Shown here one piece after another: positions 61,889 through 64,000 of a stretch of 64,000 nt of DNA. Below the pieces are notes generated by a model. That model searched no databases. It saw nothing but the letters and a program-made list of their open reading frames with translations, and was not told where the DNA came from. A program made the translations under genes and the position numbers. The number at the start of each line of letters is the position of its first letter. Position 1 is the first letter of the stretch. The DNA is from the human T2T-CHM13v2.0 reference genome, Homo sapiens: the NCBI RefSeq assembly GCF_009914755.1, contig NC_060941.1; one strand, given 5' to 3'.

Positions 61889-63720
61889 CTTGGCTGGTGG
61901 CCCAGGACATGCACCCAGCCTGGGCGCCTCCCCCAACAAAACGACAGCCGTCCTGTCCCAAAGCCAGGGATTCCTGGAGAGAGGATTAGTAGGAAGGGGG
62001 CCCCCTCCCCACACCTCCCCCCACCACGCCTGGCTCTCTTTTCAGGACTCCCATCTGCCCGCTCCTCAGCTTGTTCCTGCAGCTCTGGCTTTTCCTCTCT
62101 CCCAAACTGTACACATCTGCTGGCCTGGTACCAAAGACCCAGGGCGGAGAAGTTGGAGGTCCTGTCTCTGGGAGAGAACACGACGCACCTTTGCTACCTT
62201 CCAGAAGCCCCTTCAGAGCCTGAATCTCTTATTATGACAGCGGGCGGGGGGAAAGGGAGAGGGGCGCGGACAGGGAGGAGAAGGGGCCTAGGATGAAAAA
62301 ATCAAACTGGGACAGAGCAAGTGGCCCAGTCTAGGGCCTGGATCCTGGGAGAGGGCTAGAAGGGAGGAATGAGGGAATTTGGACTGCTGCCTGAAGACCA
62401 AAAGAGCCAGGAAGAGAGAAATGGGACGCCATCAAAACTTGCAGAAAAACTTGAGAATATGAGACTAGTTCCCAGCCACAGCATTCACATAAATCTCTCA
62501 CCATAACCCAGGCATTATGCTAAGCACTTTATATTATCTTATTTCATCCCCAGAACAACCCCGTGAGATAGGTATTATTATCCCCATTCCATGGGGGATA
62601 ACTAAGGCACGGAAGTTACTAAACTTGTCCAGTGCCTCATAACATGGTCTCAAGCTCTTAACAAATGGAGCCCAGGATTCAAAAATCTGAACTCTAATAA
62701 TGGCTTGTCATTCTGGTTTCTTACCCTTGAGGAACCTGTGAGGTGTTAACCAACCTGTAAGCTGCATTCCAGCACTGGCAAACCTGGCCTCTCAAATATC
62801 CAGCCAATTCTAAGTTTGGTGCCAGGAACACAGACTCCATCCAACCCCTTTCTCTGCCTTAGGCCTGATCCGAAGCCACTGTTTGCACTCCCCACACACT
62901 TAACATCATAGCCCGTTTTCCCAGGCTCACAAAGTGCTTGAGATCACCCAAGCAGCCACCAGCCCCAATGATTTCCTACGAAGCCCACTTCCTCACTTTT
63001 CTACTTTACCTCAGGCCAACTTTACCAGACGCCTGGCCTGGTTGTTTGTACAGACAGATACCAAAACACCCTGTTGGTGCCTCCCCACCTCTAGGGGCTC
63101 AGGAAGACGTGCACAGCCAATCTGCCCAAACCCCAACCCTATCCTCTCAGGACTCAATAGTTGCTACCCCACGTCTATTCTCAAGGACGACTCTGAGGCC
63201 TAAACCCTTCCGTTTAACATGAGAAAGACGCCCGGAGCCGTAATGTGACTAGCTCTGGGTCTCACAAATTAAAACACCATCCTTTCTCATATCAGCATGC
63301 CAACCCTTTGGTACCCTCCGACTTGCCCTACCAGGGCCTCCCTCCGGCCTCCGAACCTCTGCCTCTTTCAAGTGTTTAAGGAGACCACCCAAACACCCTG
63401 GGAGCAGGGGCTCCTTCAGTCCCGACCTGAGAGGGAGCTCCCTCAGGTCGCAGAGGGCTTCCGAGCCCTTCCCCCCGGGCAGTCAAGTGTCCAGGGACTC
63501 CACGGGGGCGAGGGATCTGATGTCACTAACTCCCACCCCGTCCCTCTAGACCTGAGTTCACGGTCCCTATTCTCCACAACCATCAGAGCTCCCACCGCAG
63601 TTATCACGTATTTGCATGATCCCACACACACACACTCTAACACCTTCCTAACCGACCACACCACCCCGGAAAAGTCCACACCGATCGCCCCGCATCTCTC
63701 CCCCATCCCCGAGCACTCAC

Positions 63721-63800
63721 CGCTCGGCGCGCACGCACACTCCAAATTTCTTCTAGGACTTCTAGCATTACACTGGCTCCTCCAAACCCGCCCACGGGCC
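63721..63800 (-). other. PER1: PER1 alternative upstream non-coding first exon (distal promoter)
   Basis: Strong donor GCG|gtgagt at 63721/63720; upstream CpG island with four CCAAT boxes, a GC box and E-box 63953-63958. PER1 is known to have two promoters. The 5' end is approximate. Confidence 0.65.
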
Positions 63801-63952
63801 GGGCTGCCACGCCCCCCACGCTTATTGGCTTAGGGGCGCCGACCCATGCCCCGTGCCGCGTGCAGCCGCCGGCCCCCGCACAGCCTCCATTGGCACCTCC
63901 GGCCGCCATCGTCTTCTCATTGGTCAGCAGGCCAACGGGGGCGGGAGAGATA

Positions 63953-63958
63953 CACGTG
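63953..63958. promoter_or_regulatory. E-box CACGTG in the distal PER1 promoter
   Basis: Exact match. Confidence 0.8.
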
Positions 63959-64000
63959 AGAGAGGGGCCGCCCCAACGCGGGGATTGGAAGCCTGACCGG

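Overview
This window is human (primate) genomic DNA, recognisable as the 17p13.1 ALOXE3-HES7-PER1 locus. I reconstructed three complete minus-strand protein-coding genes exon by exon. All introns are GT-AG and the reading frames close correctly: ALOXE3 (711 aa, plus an 843-aa N-terminally extended form), HES7 (230/225 aa from tandem acceptors) and PER1 (1290 aa). The window also holds seven Pol III tRNA genes (Lys-TTT, Gln-CTG, Leu-TAG, intron-containing Arg-TCT, Gly-GCC, Ser-CGA, Thr-AGT), the PER1 mirtron MIR6883, the PER1 E-box/D-box/CRE/GRE promoter, a HES7 upstream motif cluster, CpG islands, and dense Alu/L2/MIR/L1/DNA-transposon debris. I see no new protein-coding system. Most ORFs in the track are Alu-, microsatellite- or antisense-derived. 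The most notable unexplained structures are: an inverted templated insertion with a 26-bp target-site duplication, tandem duplications with hairpin junctions, an apparent exon duplication inside ALOXE3, a palindromic higher-order repeat in the last PER1 intron, signals for a truncated PER1 isoform, a stop/start-overlapping PER1 uORF, and a tRNA gene antisense inside the long HES7 3' UTR. Exon, tRNA and motif coordinates were counted by hand. Repeat boundaries and subfamily names are approximate.
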